Shown one piece after another: positions 61,001-64,000 of a stretch of 64,000 bases of DNA; the stretch's first letter is position 1, and the number at the start of each line of letters is the position of its first letter. Below the pieces are notes generated by a model that saw only the letters and a list, made by a program, of their open reading frames with translations, was not told the origin of the DNA and searched no databases. The stretch comes from Octopus bimaculoides (taxonomy: Eukaryota). Location of the stretch: contig NC_068983.1 of the NCBI RefSeq assembly GCF_001194135.2, forward strand, positions 10,383,767 to 10,447,766, written 5' to 3'. The position numbers were made by a program, and so were the translations under genes.

Positions 61001-63089
61001 AAAAGTATAGCAAAAGCTAGACATGACCTACTATTGTTCAAAGCTACAGAAGATCTCAGAATTTATCAAGAATCCTCCATACAAGAAAATTCAGATGAAT
61101 TTCAATAGCTAGAAAATGCAAAACAATATTCATGGAGAAGGCAAAAAAAAGTTAACTTTTCTACTACATGGTTCTAGTTTCATTCCCAGTGTGTGACACT
61201 TTGAGCAAAGGAATCAAATATGGCAAATGGAAACTGTGTGGAAGCACATCAGAGAAACTGTTCCTGTCTTTGGGTGGTAGATTTAATCTGTCGCCTGGTT
61301 TGACATTACCCCATGCCTTTAACTCTTTTGATACCAACCCGCCCAGGGTTCTATGAAACAAACTCCCTGTTTTAGAATGATCTAAATTAAAAACTTCAAT
61401 CAAAATTTCATGCTGATTTCTATTCCAAACACCAGCTTTAAAATGACTAATTTGTTTTACTAAATTCATTGAGACATAGCTGACCTCACGCACTTCTCAT
61501 GAGGAATTCTGGAAGGAGCTTCGTGAGACCACTGCTGAGACGCTTCCGAAATAACAAAAAGCTGTTGGAAAACAGATTATAGCAGCGACTCCATCTAAGA
61601 ATATCTGAAGAAGGAATTGTATTCTGTAATATCATCGGACTATAGATAACTAAATTACAACAGGTATATAGTCCATTTTTTGTATTATAGTGCATTGTTG
61701 TACCATTCAAAACTTTTTATTATTATTTTCTAAATTAATCGAAATGAAAGCTGTGTTTCAATAGAAATACAGTAACGAGTCAATTCTGCTGCAGGTATTC
61801 GAACCAAGTGTCCCACTTCAGGATAGTTTCCTCTCTTCTTCCCACAAATCTAAGAGTCTCTGAAAAAAGGTTATAAGCATTGTCCTTTCTCATCTAAGTC
61901 ATAATTAAAACAAAAAACATGAATTTTTATCTTTCTCTAAGTAAGTTATCAGATTCTTTCTGGAGCCTTGCTGATAGATGAGGTCAAAGAGATAAGTCTG
62001 TAATTTCTGACATCTGTTCAGCCCCTTCCCTGATGTATAAATCTCATTATTCTTACTTTCATTTTAAGAGAACTGACTCCAGACAAGAAAAATATTTGCA
62101 GGGTGTGTGGGGAAGAAAAAGCCTCTCAAATTATATACAGCAGACTCAAATTTCAAATATACTTTTGTACATTTTGAGAGAAAACAGCTTTAAATTTCCC
62201 TCTTATTCTTTTACAATAACAAGATAAAAAAAAAAGCATGATTAGAGGAGGAGGTAATAGTGTGTTGGTGGTGGTGGTGGTNNNNNNNNNNNNNNNNNNN
62301 NNNNNNNNNNNNNNNNNNNNNNNNNNNNNNNNNNNNNNNNNNNNNNNNNNNNNNNNNNNNNNNNNNNNNNNNNNNNNNNNNNNNNNNNNNNNNNNNNNNN
62401 NNNNNNNNNNNNNNNNNNNNNNNNNNNNNNNNNNNNNNNNNNNNNNNNNNNNNNNNNNNNNNNNNNNNNNNNNNNNNNNNNNNNNNNNNNNNNNNNGGTG
62501 AGGTAAGGGGTGAATAAAAAAAAAAGAAGTATATGAATGTCTGAGTATGTATTGACAATTTGTTAAATTAAGGAAATGTGAACTTATAAACCATCAATAT
62601 TATTGTTACAGCATCATTTTTTCATTCTGGTAGGGATTTGATAAGACTGTGCAGTACAGCAAATACCCCATTCAGTTTGATTTTTAAGTCACCATGACTA
62701 AAGTATCACTATGAAACACTTTCAATGTCAGTAAACAGCATTTCTTTCAAGCAGTAATCCTCTTCTGTTCACAGTTCATGGTCACAGAAGAGCAATCACC
62801 TCTATTGATAAATTTAATACTAGAAAATCTCACAGTTCACTTATACTCTGTCTGTCATGCAGTTTAGCATGACACATGCAGCATATTCAATTTTTTCCAG
62901 CTATTACAGAACTCCCACAATTAAAATCCCATGTCCCTATGCCATTACAGAACTTCTACAATCAATACCCCATACTTCTCCAATCATTATAAAACTTCCA
63001 AAATCATCTGTGTGGAATCAATAAAGATCAGTCAAGGACCAGGGTCAACTTAATTGATTAATTCACCCAAAAGTTTCTGGCTTTGTACC

Positions 63090-63800
63090 TCAGCACTAAC
63101 TTGATGTGTCAGTGACCAGCCCAGGCTCCATTGCTCATCAGGCAGAGAAAAAAAAACAAAAAAACTGTCATATAGGCACGGGAATGGCTGTGTGATAAGT
63201 AGCTTGCTTACCAACCACATGGTTTTGGGTTCAGTCCCACTGCATGGCACCTTGGGCAAGTGTCTTCTACTATAGCCTCGGGCCAACCAAAGCCTTGTGA
63301 GTGGATTTGGTAGATGGAAACTGAAAGAAGCCCGTCATATATATATATATGTATGTGTGTGTATATGTTTGTGTGTCATTGTTTGTCCCCCCAACATCAC
63401 TTGACAACCGACGCTGGTGTGTTTACGTCCCCGTAACTTAGCGGTTCGGCAAAAGACACCGATAGAATAAATACTAGGCTTCCAAAGAATAAGTCCTGGG
63501 GTCGATTTGCTCGACTAAAGGCGGTGCTCCAGCATGGCCGCAGTCAAATGACTGAAACAAGTAAAAGAGTAAAGAGCAAGGTATCAGTCACTCTCTGACA
63601 GGTTTATGGTTGAGCTTGTGGCAATTGAGACCTCCAGCATTCTTGGTTCCTGGATCACATCCCTGTTAACCGCTATCAGGGCAGAGATTGTTGTCCACAA
63701 GTGCAAGCCCAAGTCAGAGTAGCTGTTCCAGTGCATCTGCCACGCTGTCGTCTGGGGCAACACCTTTTCCATTTTGTCTGCTGGTGCCATGAGAAATGTT
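63090..63800 (+). mobile_element. CRE-like endonuclease relic interrupted by a family A SINE (63175-63576)
   Basis: Left of the SINE: PGSIAHQAEKKK. Right: RYQSLSDRFMVELVAIETSSILG...LFQCICHAVVWGNTFSIL, matching the LFQRISxAVQRGNAxSIL terminus. Confidence 0.65.
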
Positions 63801-64000
63801 TCTATACTGTGAGAGGCAAGGTTCTCCATATTTGAATTACTAAGTACAGATTATTAAAGGTAGTGCATTAGTAGAATTGTTGGAGTGTCAAACAAAATGC
63901 CTTACAGTATTTGTTTCGCTGTTTATATGTTCCTGAGTTCAAATCCTATGGGGATTAACTTTGTCTTTTTATCTTTCCAGGGTTGATGAAAATAGAGTAC

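Overview
AT-rich, intron- and repeat-rich animal genomic DNA with five N-gaps. The tRNA-derived SINEs and RTE-LINE tails look like those of an octopod cephalopod (inference from recall, not verified). Three protein-coding genes were reconstructed by hand from GT/AG sites, with phases that chain correctly. (1) The last three coding exons of ARL8 on + (9487-13098); the 5' exons lie left of the window. (2) A complete three-exon MED11 on - (26123 to 16958, 135 aa), which converges on ARL8. (3) Sixteen exons of a large, divergent ICE1-like gene on - (59463 to 29266, about 2,130 codons including an N-gap); its start lies right of the window. The 4.6-kb ICE1-like exon contains a 21-bp tandem array encoding about 60-65 sequenced F-N-(N/S)-P-(E/A)-T-(K/I) heptads, the most unusual feature here. 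Introns hold SINEs (several with clear TSDs), RTE-LINE fragments with a PHD-like finger inside the RT, CRE-like endonuclease relics, and hAT, Tc1/mariner and piggyBac-like MITEs. They also hold a Penelope-like element with a tRNA-Ser-like head upstream of a decayed hammerhead core, a second repeat with a hammerhead-like core, a decayed 28S rRNA fragment and three long fold-back hairpins. A possible spliced non-coding transcript runs divergently from the MED11 promoter. All homology calls come from recalled sequences; no search was run.
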